Shown: positions 24,256-34,516, counted from the stretch's first letter. The stretch is DNA of 40,680 nt from a virus (IMGVR_UViG_3300042827_000008:1-40680), one strand, 5' to 3'. Made by a program: numbers and translations. The notes: generated from the sequence alone by a model not told the origin.

Positions 24256-24666
24256 CTAGCTCAGGTCGGCGACGCCCGAAAACGGCGCGTGGAAAGTGGC
24301 GGTGAGACTGTCGGGGCTCAGGTAGGTGATCTGGCCTTCCCACATATCGCCCGCGGAGTCGCGCACGGAGACGGCGGGGTTGTAGCCGAGGCTGTGCACG
24401 ATCAGCCACACCGCGGCCGGCGCACCCTGCACGTGGTGGTAGTAGCCGCCGCTCACACCGTCGGCGCCGTCCGCCCCGGCGGGTCCACGACCGGGGCTGG
24501 CGACCGCGACCACCGTGTCGGGTTCACGCGCGACGATGAGGTGGTCGGGGGTTTCGCTGACGGCGACGACCGTGGACGTGGTGGCGACCGCGACCACGGT
24601 GGTGTCGTCGCGCACGACGATGACCGTTTCGGGTTCACGGACAACGACGACCGTTTCGCAACTCAC
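24256..24666 (-). CDS. minor tail protein
   Basis: V/T-rich repeats, GPAGADGADG, Q..PA.VW.I.H.LGY.P.V. Confidence 0.75.
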   Translation of the reverse strand: MSCETVVVVREPETVIVVRDDTTVVAVATTSTVVAVSETPDHLIVAREPDTVVAVASPGRGPAGADGADGVSGGYYHHVQGAPAAVWLIVHSLGYNPAVSVRDSAGDMWEGQITYLSPDSLTATFHAPFSGVADLS

Positions 24667-25025
24667 GCCGTGGTCACTTCCTTGGACAGCACCACGAGCC
24701 CCCGCGCGAGCCGGATCACTTCGGTGGGGTCTGTGACCGAGTGCAGTTCGAGGTCGTAGGCGCCGGACTTGGCCAGCGTCGCGGTCACGTCGGCGCCGAT
24801 CCGCACGGAAATGATGCCCCCGGCAACGGTGATCCCGGCGCCTTCGGAGAGGGTGATCAGGACCGCGCCGCCGGGGCGTGTCTTGATCTGCATCCGCGCG
24901 TCATACCCGGAGGTGTCGATCAGCGGCCCGGCCGGCGGGGATGAGCCGTCGTCTTCGCGCCACTCAAAGGTGAGGGTGAAGGTCGCGCCTTGCTCAATGA
25001 GCAGGTCGTAGCGGACAGCGGTCAT
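24663..25025 (-). CDS. BppU-like baseplate/minor tail protein
   Basis: IEQGATF...D.SGY.ARMQI...YDLEL. Confidence 0.75.
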   Translation of the reverse strand: MTAVRYDLLIEQGATFTLTFEWREDDGSSPPAGPLIDTSGYDARMQIKTRPGGAVLITLSEGAGITVAGGIISVRIGADVTATLAKSGAYDLELHSVTDPTEVIRLARGLVVLSKEVTTA

Positions 25026-25043
25026 GAGCGGTGCTCCGTTTCG

Positions 25044-25955
25044 TTAGGCATCGGGGAACCGCTGCACGGCGGGCCACGGCGGGCCATAGGCGCCGGGCTG
25101 GTAGATGCGCAGCGCCCCGGGCGGCAGGCCCCACAGCCCGCCGACGGTGCGCAGCACCGGGTCGTAGATCCGTATATCGGGGGTGTTGATCTCCCCGAGC
25201 GCGGCCGGTGGCGGGTACGCGCCGACCGGGGCGGTGGTGATGCTGTGGCCCGGGTCCAGGTCCGGCGCCGCGGGCGTCGGGGGCGGCATGTACTCGGCGA
25301 ACAGCAACAGCCGCGGATGCGGCAGGAACGCGAACTCGGCCGGCGTCAGCGACACCATCGGCACCGGGTCGGGTCCGCCCGCGGCGATCTCGGCGGTAGC
25401 GATGGTGACCCCGGCACCGTCAGCGATCCACGCGGCCGGGTAGCCGTAGGTGAGCCGTTCCGCGTAGGTGTCGTAGTCCAGATAGGCCAGCCGGAACACG
25501 CCGGGGCCAGCGTCCCAATAGCTGGAGTCGGTCGGCGCGAGGTGCCCATAGGGCCACACCAGCGGGTCAAGTTCGTGCAGCTCGGTCGTGCCGGTGAAGT
25601 GGTCGAACGTCGGATCGACACCGACCGCCCACTCCTGCACCGGGGTGTCGGCCGGGCGGATCCAGTCGGCGGCGTTGAACTCCACCGCCCACAGCACTTG
25701 GGTGCGGTCACCCCGTGCGGCGAGGGCGCCGAGGTCGTCGGCGTAGTAGTGCACCGACGACCCGACCCACGGTCGCGCCTCGTAGTCGTCGGTGATGATG
25801 TTGTCTACGCCGTCAAAGTCGCCCGCGCGGGTCGAGTCGTAGGCGTCGGTGAACGCGTCAGGCCCGGTGCGGACGACGGCGCCGTGGGTCACGTTGACGC
25901 CGAGGACCCGCGGCGCGACCGTTTCGGTGTGCGGGGTCCACTCACCCCACGGCAC
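25044..25955 (-). CDS. minor tail protein
   Basis: position in tail module; abuts upstream stop. Confidence 0.65.
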   Translation of the reverse strand: MPWGEWTPHTETVAPRVLGVNVTHGAVVRTGPDAFTDAYDSTRAGDFDGVDNIITDDYEARPWVGSSVHYYADDLGALAARGDRTQVLWAVEFNAADWIRPADTPVQEWAVGVDPTFDHFTGTTELHELDPLVWPYGHLAPTDSSYWDAGPGVFRLAYLDYDTYAERLTYGYPAAWIADGAGVTIATAEIAAGGPDPVPMVSLTPAEFAFLPHPRLLLFAEYMPPPTPAAPDLDPGHSITTAPVGAYPPPAALGEINTPDIRIYDPVLRTVGGLWGLPPGALRIYQPGAYGPPWPAVQRFPDA

Positions 25956-27854
25956 CTAGGCCACCGGCCCGTCGTACCAGAAATCGTAGGCGAGCGCGTT
26001 GTCGGGTTGAACCTCGCCGAGCCAATACACGGTGACCGCTTCGGGGCGCCCCACGCCGGGGTCGGTGCCGTGGTTGACGACCACCAGACCACCCGCACCG
26101 GGCGGGCCGGGTTCACCTTGTGGCCCGGCACCGCTCCCGCCGCCACCGCCACCCCCGCCACCGGTGCCGGGGCCGGAGCGGTCCACCTTGTCGATCACCT
26201 TGCGCAGCTTCGTCAGGATGCGCTGCGCCCCGGTCGGCGGCAGCCGGCGCGGCGGGTGACCGCCGTTGCTGTCGGAGTCGTCGCGGACCAGCTCGGGCCA
26301 GCAGCGGACCGGGAACGTGGAGCCGTCCACGCTGACAGCGATCACGCGGGCCTTCACTGTGCCGCTGTCGCGGTGCCCCGGCGCCGACAGGGTGTCGCCT
26401 AGTTCGTAGTCGGTGAACGGCTGCGGCCCGATGAGGCTGGACGTTTCCCCGGTGATGGCCAGCACGGGGGCCGCGGATTCCACCAGTTGAGCCCGGGCGA
26501 GGTTCGTGGCGGACTGCTCCGACGTACCGGCCGACAGGCCCGCCTCGACCCGGCCATAGGTGGCGATCCCGGCGGCGTCGGTCACTTCGGTCCAGCGACC
26601 ATCGGGGCGTTGCGCACCCACGGCGGTGAACCGTGCGGTGCTGCGCGCGGTTTCGTAGCTGGTCAGCGACCCATCGTCGCGGCCGAGGTGCAGCGCGACC
26701 GTGCCGGACACGTCGGCGCCGCGGCGGTTCCATGCGTTCAGCGTCATGGTGGCCGCGTCGAGCCCCACATCTATGTCGGTCTCGGCGAGGTCGCTGGCTA
26801 TGTCGGCCAGATTCGTGGTGTAGATCGGGAACGTGAAGTCGTCGGGGGTGTCGGTCCACGGGTCGCCGTTGCTGTCGTGGGTGTCGCTGAACCCGACCGC
26901 GAGATCGTCCACGGTGGTGACGCCACGCGCGGCGGCTTCGGCGACCAGTGCGCGCAGCACCTGCCCGCGGCGCCACCCCGGCGCGGCCGGCGCTCCGTTG
27001 TTCACGAGCCACGCGTCGTCGGTTTTCAGTAGCACGTCGTTGGGTTCGCCGTGGCTGTCGAGGGTGAGCACGGCACCGATCAGGCCCATGGCATTCGTGT
27101 CGCCGCCGTTGGCGTTCGTGACCTCCGCGGCGAGCACGTGCAGCCCGACCTCCAGCCGCGCCGCGATGGTCACCGCGGTGCGGTAGGCGTAGTTGTCGTC
27201 AGGGGTCGGGGAGGAGATCCGCTGTCCGTCCAGGTACAGGGTCAGGAAGTTGTCCGCGGAGAACAGCAGTGACACGTTCTGCGCGGTGTAGGTCATGAAC
27301 TCGCGCCGGAAGTACCACGTGGTGGGGACCGGCTGCGGGGTGGTGGGCGACACGTACCCGATCCAGTCGGGGTTAGCCGGGGCCATTTCGGCGGGGTACC
27401 CGGTGCGCAGCGGGTCGTCGGCAAAGCTGTACCCGACCGCTGCTGTCCAGTCGGCGTCGTTGTACCAGCCGCCGCGTTTCGACATGAACCCGAACAGCCG
27501 CTCGCTGCCGGTGACGCGGCCGAAACTGTACTCGGGCAACACCACCGCGTCGGACAGGATCGACAGCAGGCCGGGCTGTGCGTCGAGGTGCAGCGACAGC
27601 GACGACAGATTGTCGGTGGCGAGTTGGGTGGTTTCCTTGTTGACGCGGCACCCGAACCTGACAGCACCGGCCCACGTGAACTTGAGCACGGTCCGGTCGG
27701 CCAGTGCTGCGGCTTGTGCGACGGGCAGCCGCACGGTCGCCGTACCCGGCTTGGACAGTTCGTCTTGCCACGTCACCACGGCGTCGTCGAGGGTGGCCAG
27801 ATGTGTCACGCCGTCCCGCGCGTACAGGTCGGTGGTGATCCGGTCGAGGCTCAC
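25956..27854 (-). CDS. minor tail (Tal-like) protein with lectin-like insert and collagen-like end
   Basis: follows Dit; FRREF...ADN...YLDG insert; DYELGD; GPQGEPGPPG. Confidence 0.75.
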   Translation of the reverse strand: MSLDRITTDLYARDGVTHLATLDDAVVTWQDELSKPGTATVRLPVAQAAALADRTVLKFTWAGAVRFGCRVNKETTQLATDNLSSLSLHLDAQPGLLSILSDAVVLPEYSFGRVTGSERLFGFMSKRGGWYNDADWTAAVGYSFADDPLRTGYPAEMAPANPDWIGYVSPTTPQPVPTTWYFRREFMTYTAQNVSLLFSADNFLTLYLDGQRISSPTPDDNYAYRTAVTIAARLEVGLHVLAAEVTNANGGDTNAMGLIGAVLTLDSHGEPNDVLLKTDDAWLVNNGAPAAPGWRRGQVLRALVAEAAARGVTTVDDLAVGFSDTHDSNGDPWTDTPDDFTFPIYTTNLADIASDLAETDIDVGLDAATMTLNAWNRRGADVSGTVALHLGRDDGSLTSYETARSTARFTAVGAQRPDGRWTEVTDAAGIATYGRVEAGLSAGTSEQSATNLARAQLVESAAPVLAITGETSSLIGPQPFTDYELGDTLSAPGHRDSGTVKARVIAVSVDGSTFPVRCWPELVRDDSDSNGGHPPRRLPPTGAQRILTKLRKVIDKVDRSGPGTGGGGGGGGGSGAGPQGEPGPPGAGGLVVVNHGTDPGVGRPEAVTVYWLGEVQPDNALAYDFWYDGPVA

Positions 27855-28327
27855 GGCACCAGCCACGCATCGGTCGCGGCGTCGTGCCACGCGCCGTCCA
27901 GGTTGATGAACTGTAACTCGGTCGTTCCGTTGGACGCGTTCAGCATGTCGAACCCGGTACCGGACACGAACCGGCCGGCGCAGGTGTGCTCCACGTACCC
28001 GGCGCCGCCTGTGTTGGCCAGCCGGCGGGTCAAGGTGACCAGCCCGTTAGTGCCCATCAGTGCAGCGGACAGGGTGCGTAGCCGGGTGATGAACTGCGCG
28101 CGGCTCGGGACCGGCTCGGCGGTGTCGGACAGCAACGCCACGCCGATCGTGAACGCGTAGGCGTCGAACGGCAGTTCGGCGCCGACCTGCCCGCGCCTGC
28201 CGGGAATCACGTCGTCGTCGCCGCGGCGGGTGCCGGGCGCGAACAACCCGGCAAGGTCCATCACGACCAGCCCGGGCACGGTTTGCAGGTCGAGCCCGTC
28301 CACTAACAACGTGTCGGGGTAGCTCAT
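27851..28327 (-). CDS. distal tail (Dit-like) protein
   Basis: directly after TMP; RGDD.VIPGRRG. Confidence 0.75.
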   Translation of the reverse strand: MSYPDTLLVDGLDLQTVPGLVVMDLAGLFAPGTRRGDDDVIPGRRGQVGAELPFDAYAFTIGVALLSDTAEPVPSRAQFITRLRTLSAALMGTNGLVTLTRRLANTGGAGYVEHTCAGRFVSGTGFDMLNASNGTTELQFINLDGAWHDAATDAWLVP

Positions 28328-30180
28328 GCCGCGGCCAGGTGGCTGGCGGCGCTGCGCAGCAGGTGCGGCAGCGCGGTGCTGACCTTCTCAGGCAGCGGGT
28401 AGTTAACGGTCAGGTTCACCGACGGGGGGCCGGACTGGCCCACCATGTTCGTTGACCGGGTGTTGGAGAACGCCCGGGCGGGCGCACCGGCACGGCGGAC
28501 CAGCTCGGGTCCGTTCTCCCCGATGACGTTCCAGCCGGGGCTCAGTGCACCGCCCCGTGCCAGCGTCGGCAGCTTCGGGAAACTGAACGCCTTGCCGCCG
28601 AGCTTCGGCACCCAATCGGGAATCGTGAGAGTGAACGACCCGACGGTGTTGTTCCACGCGTTCGCCAGCCCGTTGAACGCGGACTTACCCGCACCCACGA
28701 GCCCGTCAAAGGCGTTGCTCAGCGCGCTGGTCACCTTGCCGGGCAGGCCCTTCACCCAATCCACCATGGATTGCAGCCGGTTCACCACCGCATCCTTCGC
28801 CCGGCCGGCGCTGCTGGTGATGCCGCCCCACAGCCGGGCAGCGACAGCCGCGACCTTGCCGGGCAACCCGGTCAGGAACCCGACCACATCGTTGAACCGG
28901 GCAACGATCCAGTCTTTCACTGCGCTGGTGGCGGCGGTGATGCCGTGCCACAGCCCTACCGCTACACGGGCAATCTTGCCGGGTAGTTCGGTGACCACCC
29001 ATGCGATCGCGTGGAACGCGCCCACCACAACGTCTCTCATGGACAGCACCGCGCCCTTGATGAACGCCCACACGAGATCGACGGCGGCGCGGAACCAGTC
29101 CACCTTTTTGTAGAGCACCACGAACAGGACCACGAGTCCGATGACGGCGGCGATGATCAGAACCAGCGGGTTGGCGAACAGGACAGCGTTGTAGAGCGCA
29201 GTGACTGCGGTGGCGATCCGTAGAATCCCGATGAACGTTCCGAGCGCGGCGAGCAGTGGGAGCAGTACCGCGGTCACCTTCCCGATGGTGTCTGAGTGGT
29301 CACCGAACCACTTGAACATGTTCACGATCGCGGGTAGCACCTTGTCCACCAGGACCGGGACGACCTTCGTGGAGAAGAAATCCATCAGCTTGTTGAGCGT
29401 GGGCATCAGCGCCGTGCCGATGGACTCTTTGAAGTTGGCCCACGCGACCGCGGCGCGTTCGGCCGGCGTGGCCGCGGCCTTCGCTGCGCCGCCGAACTCG
29501 GTTTGCAGTTCCTTCAGGATGATTTTCTGCGCGTCCATCGTCTTACCGGACTTGACCAGCGCCTTAATCTGCGCCTTCTGCTGCGCGGTGAACGACACAC
29601 CCACCTTCGATAGGGCGCTGACACCCTTCACCGGGTCATTCAGCGCCTTGCCGACTTGGATGGACGCGCCCTTCATGTCGGTGCCCAGAGCAACGGACAT
29701 GTCCGCGACTGTCTTGGTCGCTTGGTTGAAAATGTCGTTGTTCTGGCCGACCCCGTTCTTCACGTTCGTGAACGTCAGCAGCAGGTTTTCAGCAGCCTGC
29801 ACAGCCTCGTCGTCAATCGCGGCGTAGTTGCTGACCTCGGTGGCCAGGTCGCCGACCTGAGTGGCCGAGACACCGGCCGCTGCCCCGGTGGACTTGAGTA
29901 CGGTGGCGGTCAGCGCGTTGACCTTGATGGACTCTTTCGCCTCGTCCATCGAGGCGCCAAAGAAATCCTTGACCTTCGACACGGCGAACACTCCACCGGC
30001 CAGCCCCGCCAACGACTTGAACCCGCCGCCGAACCCGGCGGACAGCTTCTTGCCGCCTTGCTTCCCGGCCTTGTCGGCGGCGTCGGTCACCGACGGGACG
30101 ACCTTGCGGTGGACCTCATCGGTGACGCCCTTCGCCGATACCGTCAGGTTCACGTACGCGGTGGCCAGCTCGATCGCCAT
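28324..30180 (-). CDS. tape measure protein
   Basis: MAIELATAYV start; GKALNDPVKG.SAL.KVGVSFT; ANP..LII; W/F-periodic repeats. Confidence 0.92.
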   Translation of the reverse strand: MAIELATAYVNLTVSAKGVTDEVHRKVVPSVTDAADKAGKQGGKKLSAGFGGGFKSLAGLAGGVFAVSKVKDFFGASMDEAKESIKVNALTATVLKSTGAAAGVSATQVGDLATEVSNYAAIDDEAVQAAENLLLTFTNVKNGVGQNNDIFNQATKTVADMSVALGTDMKGASIQVGKALNDPVKGVSALSKVGVSFTAQQKAQIKALVKSGKTMDAQKIILKELQTEFGGAAKAAATPAERAAVAWANFKESIGTALMPTLNKLMDFFSTKVVPVLVDKVLPAIVNMFKWFGDHSDTIGKVTAVLLPLLAALGTFIGILRIATAVTALYNAVLFANPLVLIIAAVIGLVVLFVVLYKKVDWFRAAVDLVWAFIKGAVLSMRDVVVGAFHAIAWVVTELPGKIARVAVGLWHGITAATSAVKDWIVARFNDVVGFLTGLPGKVAAVAARLWGGITSSAGRAKDAVVNRLQSMVDWVKGLPGKVTSALSNAFDGLVGAGKSAFNGLANAWNNTVGSFTLTIPDWVPKLGGKAFSFPKLPTLARGGALSPGWNVIGENGPELVRRAGAPARAFSNTRSTNMVGQSGPPSVNLTVNYPLPEKVSTALPHLLRSAASHLAAA

Positions 30181-30202
30181 ACAGGCGTAGCCCCTTCCCG
30201 GG

Positions 30203-30580
30203 TCAGGTGGTGTCGTGGCCGCGTGCCTGCAAGGCCGCGTAGATATCGGACTGGGACCGGCCCCCGCCGTACCGCACGGGCCGCGCGTCGTTGGGTCGCG
30301 GGTAGGCGCTGGTCCTGCTGGCGCGTTTGGAGTTGGCGCGGATGAACACGTCGAGCAGGTCGGCGAGGATCCACGCCTCGGGCGACCACGGACGCGACCA
30401 CCCGGCCATCGCGGCGGCGACATGGGAGGTCGGGTCGTTCGTGAGGCTGGTCAACAGGTGGCAGAACTCCCACCAGTCGGGGGCGGTGTCGGTCACCTCG
30501 CGCAGCGGCAGGCCGAACCTGTGGCGCCAGTCGTACACGAACGCTGACGTGTGGTCGTCCACAAGCTGGACCGCCGCCAC
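30203..30580 (-). CDS. tail assembly chaperone, C-terminal -1 frameshift segment
   Basis: in the -1 frame after GGGGGAA; YDW..RF.L.L. Confidence 0.8.
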   Translation of the reverse strand: MAAVQLVDDHTSAFVYDWRHRFGLPLREVTDTAPDWWEFCHLLTSLTNDPTSHVAAAMAGWSRPWSPEAWILADLLDVFIRANSKRASRTSAYPRPNDARPVRYGGGRSQSDIYAALQARGHDTT

Positions 30581-30897
30581 TATTCCCCCAAGCGGACCCC
30601 GGAGTGTTTCTGCCAGTCGTTCACCATGGCGCGTAGGTCGAGCATCGCCATGTCGTCCACCGCGGCCAGCGTCTCGGGCGACGCGACCTCTTCGAGCAGC
30701 GCATAGAACGCGTCGGCCTCGTCCATGCTGCGGATACGGCGGATGAGTCCCGACTTGAGCATCGCGAACGACGGGAGGGTGTAGTCGGCGCCGTTGTGGG
30801 TGAACACGAAATCGGCGCGGCTCGGTTCAGCCGGCGCCGCCGCTGCTCTCTTGCGCGGCGCCGACTTGGGCGGTGTTGCCTTGCGGGACGTGGGCAT
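30580..30897 (-). CDS. tail assembly chaperone
   Basis: between major tail and TMP; ends ...LGE* over slippery GGGGGAA. Confidence 0.85.
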   Translation of the reverse strand: MPTSRKATPPKSAPRKRAAAAPAEPSRADFVFTHNGADYTLPSFAMLKSGLIRRIRSMDEADAFYALLEEVASPETLAAVDDMAMLDLRAMVNDWQKHSGVRLGE

Positions 30898-30900
30898 GGG

Positions 30901-31449
30901 TTACGGCGCCGGGACAGCGACCAGCGAGCTGTAGAACTTCTTCAACGAGTAGCCGCCGCTCGGGTAGCAGGCGATGGTGACCTCGTAGCCGACCGGCTCA
31001 CCGCTGGCGTACACCTGATCTCCGACCTCCATCACTTCACCGGACGGCACGTAGCTGCGGATGAAGTCGTCCCCATCGATCAGGTCCACAATGAACCGCT
31101 TCCGGCCACCGGTCGCGGCGGGCACGATCGCGATGGATCCGTCGGTGGTGTCCACGGTGGCGCCGTAGTAGAGCTCTACGGTCTCCAACTTCGTCTCGAT
31201 CAGGACGAATTGCAGCGTGACCCCGGCCTCGGTGATGACCTCGCGCACCGTGTCGGCGTTCTGCCACGCCTTTATTTTGTCGCTGCTGCGGTCGCGGGTC
31301 TCGGTGACGCCATCCTCCCCGACGTAACCGAGGTCGGTGTAGGCAACACCCATCGCCGCGTCGGCGTCGAGCGGGGCCGGTGCGGTCAGGTTGCCGACAG
31401 CAACGACGCCTGTCACTGCGACCCGGACGTTATCTGACACGAGTGCCAT
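30901..31449 (-). CDS. major tail protein
   Basis: LGYVGEDGVT...IKAWQ...VRE...F.LIET...GYEVTI..YP; GAAAGGA RBS. Confidence 0.9.
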   Translation of the reverse strand: MALVSDNVRVAVTGVVAVGNLTAPAPLDADAAMGVAYTDLGYVGEDGVTETRDRSSDKIKAWQNADTVREVITEAGVTLQFVLIETKLETVELYYGATVDTTDGSIAIVPAATGGRKRFIVDLIDGDDFIRSYVPSGEVMEVGDQVYASGEPVGYEVTIACYPSGGYSLKKFYSSLVAVPAP

Positions 31450-31478
31450 GAGGGTTTTCCTTTCGTGGGGGTCGAGGG

Positions 31479-31877
31479 TTAGGCGGCGGCGCCGCGTAGA
31501 TGGACCTCGAAAGTTTGGGTGTAGCGGTACTGGGTGGTGACCGGATCGGGCAGGTTCTGCGGTCCACCGATCTCGCGGACCTTGTAGACCGTGACGGCGG
31601 CGACGTTGCCGGGGGCGGCGTTGAGGACCGCGCGGCACATCTGCGCCAGCGATGACGCGGCGGACTCCCGCGCCGCGAACGACTCCACCGTGATCAACGC
31701 CGCGTCGGTGACGACGCTGTGCCGGGCACCGCCGGTACGCATCAACCGGACGAACATCGCGGGGCGTTTCGAGGGCACCGACGTCACCACCGGCACCGTG
31801 ACACCCTTGGCTGCAAGGGCAGCGGCGAGCCACTGACACAGCACCTGCTCTGCGTCGGGGAACAACACCACGTCCAC
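31479..31877 (-). CDS. tail terminator
   Basis: FPDAE...VP..RP..FV...RTGG; synteny. Confidence 0.8.
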   Translation of the reverse strand: MDVVLFPDAEQVLCQWLAAALAAKGVTVPVVTSVPSKRPAMFVRLMRTGGARHSVVTDAALITVESFAARESAASSLAQMCRAVLNAAPGNVAAVTVYKVREIGGPQNLPDPVTTQYRYTQTFEVHLRGAAA

Positions 31878-32128
31878 TAGCCGCGGCCGGCGTCGATCGC
31901 GCGGGTGAGGGTGCGGTCAGACGCCTCCGCGCGGCGCGCCTCGGGGGTCTGCGTGTAGACCCGTGACCGGGCACGGTTACGGCCGACGTAGGACTCGGCC
32001 ACCATGCCGGGGCCAGCCGCGGCGGCGATCCGCTCCGCGCGGCGGGCGAGGTCTGCCTGCACGCCGGGGCACTTCAGCAACTCCCGGACACCGGCGCGGT
32101 TCAACACAATGCGGGCGCTCTTGGCCAT
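31877..32128 (-). CDS. HK97 gp10-like neck/tail completion protein
   Basis: LNRAGVRELLK...RAERIAAAAG...R.R..V...A...EA...L.RA. Confidence 0.75.
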   Translation of the reverse strand: MAKSARIVLNRAGVRELLKCPGVQADLARRAERIAAAAGPGMVAESYVGRNRARSRVYTQTPEARRAEASDRTLTRAIDAGRG

Positions 32129-32144
32129 GACGGGGCGTTCCTTC

Positions 32145-32480
32145 CTAGCCGGTCACGATGCTCAGCGAAATTTCCAGGTGGTCCAGGACCCCGGTCTCAT
32201 AGCGGCGGACGGATCCCTCAATCTCGAACGTGGTCCCGCCGTACCTGATCCGGTCGGTGTCGGCGATATCGGCGTCGGCCGGCGCGAACAGCAGCGCCAC
32301 CGTGGTGACCGAAATCGCCCGGTTGATCTCGTCCTCGGAACCGGTGACCGGCTGCACCGAACAACCCGTCACGGTGTGGCTGGTGGTGTGGTCCCAGTCG
32401 CGGACCGACGTGCCGTGGTCATCGAGCCACGCGGGGCGGACCACCGCGATGGTTTGGGTAGCGAATGACGGCAGACTCAC
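32145..32480 (-). CDS. head-to-tail stopper
   Basis: DW......GCSVQP...ADI...DRI...G.TFEIEG. Confidence 0.8.
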   Translation of the reverse strand: MSLPSFATQTIAVVRPAWLDDHGTSVRDWDHTTSHTVTGCSVQPVTGSEDEINRAISVTTVALLFAPADADIADTDRIRYGGTTFEIEGSVRRYETGVLDHLEISLSIVTG

Positions 32481-33025
32481 GGCGCGGGCCACAGCCGGTA
32501 ATGCATGTCGAGGATGATTTTCTCGCTGGCTGTCATGTAGTTGGCGACGGCAGCCTGACCCGAAAGCAGCCCGCCGTACTGGCGGGTGACACCACCCGCG
32601 GTTTCAGAGGTGACGCTGGCGAACTGCGCCGGTAGCCGGGTTGCCATCTGCACCGTGAGGGCGCGCAGCACCTCGGGCACGGTGTCGAAACCGTGAGTGA
32701 ATTCGACTGTGACCGTTCCGAGCCCACGCGGCCAGCAGCCGCAGGACCGCTCCACCAGCCCGACCGTTGACCACGACAGGTCGTCGGGATCCACCACCGA
32801 GTCGTCGGCGGTGTAGGTCACGTAAGCAACGTCGGTCAGGTGCAGCGTCGGTAGGCGCAGCGTGCGCCCGCCGAACGTGTCGAGCGTGGCCGCGTCGATG
32901 ATCGACGGTGCGATGTGCCAGCCGCAATACGCCCGTATCCACGCGGTGGAGTAGGCGAGTTGGGTGTCGGTGTCCAGCTCCAACCCGAGGTCGTCGGCGA
33001 ACAGGGCTGGCACATCGGCGTTCAT
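32477..33025 (-). CDS. head-to-tail adaptor
   Basis: IRAYCGWHIAP...L.LPTL...THGFD.VP. Confidence 0.85.
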   Translation of the reverse strand: MNADVPALFADDLGLELDTDTQLAYSTAWIRAYCGWHIAPSIIDAATLDTFGGRTLRLPTLHLTDVAYVTYTADDSVVDPDDLSWSTVGLVERSCGCWPRGLGTVTVEFTHGFDTVPEVLRALTVQMATRLPAQFASVTSETAGGVTRQYGGLLSGQAAVANYMTASEKIILDMHYRLWPAP

Positions 33026-33201
33026 CGGCTGTCAGCCTCGCGGGCCTTGTTCAGCGGTGTGGCGGACTTCGCCGCGGCCTTCCGCGGTTCGGCCGGCGTA
33101 GCAGCCGCGCCGTACCGGTCGGCGGTTTCCTTGTCGAGCCGCAACGTGTGCGGCAGCCCACCGATCATCACGGTGTATTCCTTCAAGCGTCGTTCAGCCA
33201 T
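33022..33201 (-). CDS. small post-capsid protein
   Basis: LKEY.V...G..HTL.L....A..YG...P.NKAR; typical after actinophage capsid genes. Confidence 0.7.
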   Translation of the reverse strand: MAERRLKEYTVMIGGLPHTLRLDKETADRYGAAATPAEPRKAAAKSATPLNKAREADSR

Positions 33202-33239
33202 CGCCTTGAATCCCTTTCGCTGTGGGGTTTCCGTGGAGA

Positions 33240-33282
33240 CGGGCCGGGTGGGAGGCACGGAGGCACACCCCCACCCGACCCG
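33240..33282 (-). terminator. intergenic hairpin after major capsid gene
   Basis: CGGGCCGGGTGGG / CCCACCCGACCCG stem. Confidence 0.5.
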
Positions 33283-33289
33283 TTCAGAT

Positions 33290-34516
33290 TCAGCCCAACG
33301 TGACGTCAACGAACCCGGCCGGGTACCGCACCGCGAGAGCGATGCGCTCCTCGGCGCGGGTCGTGACAAGGTTGGAAATGAAGTCGGACGCGTGACTATT
33401 GGTCGATTCGACCCGCACGCCGCCCTTGCGGTACACGGTCGCGCCTTGGCTGAACGCGCCCACGAGGACCGTTCCCGCGACGATCGCGGGAGTGATGACG
33501 GTGCGCATACCCCACACCGGGGGCTGCATCGTCATCGTGCCGTTGCCGTACTGGCCGGTGAAGAATCCGCCGCCGAAATACTGCTCGTTGGCGTCCCGGC
33601 TCAGCCGCAGGTCCTGATAGTCAAGCGGGTTGATGACGATCCCGTCGGCGTCCAGGCCGGAGCCGGTGGACACCTTCGTGATGGCACGGAAAATCGCGTC
33701 GGCGTTGTCGTCGCCGCCGGTGCTGGCCTCGGTCTGTACCCCGACACGTTCCAGCAGGCCGAGCAGGGTCGAACCGGTGCCCGGACCGTAGAGCAACTGC
33801 TGCTCCTCGAACCGCCCCAGCTCGTACAACAGACGGTTGTTGATCTCACTCACGTAGAACGCGAGATCCTCAATCATCTCGTCGGTAAACTTGATCCAGC
33901 CTGCAATCTTCTTGAGCTGGTCCACCATGATGATCGGGTCAACGATGTGGATCTGCGGCTTCAGCCCGCCCTCCGCGACGGCGGCGAACCCGCCCTCGAT
34001 CGCGGACTCCACAAAGTAGGAGATCGCGTTACCGCTCAGCGTCCCCTGCCCGAGCAGGTCGGCCACCACGAGCCGGGGACGGACCCCGGTCACGATGGTG
34101 GTATCGAACTGCGTCAGGACCGGTGTCTGAAAGACACCGTTCGCGCCGACCACCTGAGTGTCGCCCGCGGCCTTCACCCATTCAGGGGCGGACACGGTGG
34201 CACCGGAGATCCCGCGCATATCCTTCAGGCGCTGGCCGGCGTGCTTGATGAAGTGGTCACCCAAGGTGCGGGCAAACGTCTCGTCGGCCTCGGTCACGCC
34301 GTCACCCTTGACCAGCGCGCGGCCCATCGAGCCCAACGACTTGACCAGTTCGGCGGACTTGTCGGCCGCGGCGATCTGCACGTCGAGCGCCTTCACCTCG
34401 GCGACGTGCGCCTCCACCGTTGCGGTCTCCTCCGGTGTGAGGTCACGATCCTTTGCTCCTTCGACTACTGCGTGCGCTGCCGCCAGTTCCGCGGCCCGCT
34501 TCTCCTTGAGGTTCAC
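33290..34516 (-). CDS. HK97-fold major capsid protein with N-terminal delta (scaffold) domain
   Basis: coiled-coil N-terminus; VAEGGLKP...KKIAGW...EM.ED...EE.QLL.G.G...LGLL; RAEERIAL.V..P..F. Confidence 0.93.
   Translation of the reverse strand: MNLKEKRAAELAAAHAVVEGAKDRDLTPEETATVEAHVAEVKALDVQIAAADKSAELVKSLGSMGRALVKGDGVTEADETFARTLGDHFIKHAGQRLKDMRGISGATVSAPEWVKAAGDTQVVGANGVFQTPVLTQFDTTIVTGVRPRLVVADLLGQGTLSGNAISYFVESAIEGGFAAVAEGGLKPQIHIVDPIIMVDQLKKIAGWIKFTDEMIEDLAFYVSEINNRLLYELGRFEEQQLLYGPGTGSTLLGLLERVGVQTEASTGGDDNADAIFRAITKVSTGSGLDADGIVINPLDYQDLRLSRDANEQYFGGGFFTGQYGNGTMTMQPPVWGMRTVITPAIVAGTVLVGAFSQGATVYRKGGVRVESTNSHASDFISNLVTTRAEERIALAVRYPAGFVDVTLG

Noticed and set aside
26100-26175. (CCG/CCA)n-like repeat tract
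   Set aside because: Encodes the Gly-run and short collagen-like linker of a tail protein; ordinary
22718-27854. Diversity-generating retroelement or invertible tail-fibre cassette
   Set aside because: No reverse transcriptase, no template/variable repeat pair, and no invertase or inverted crossover sites seen
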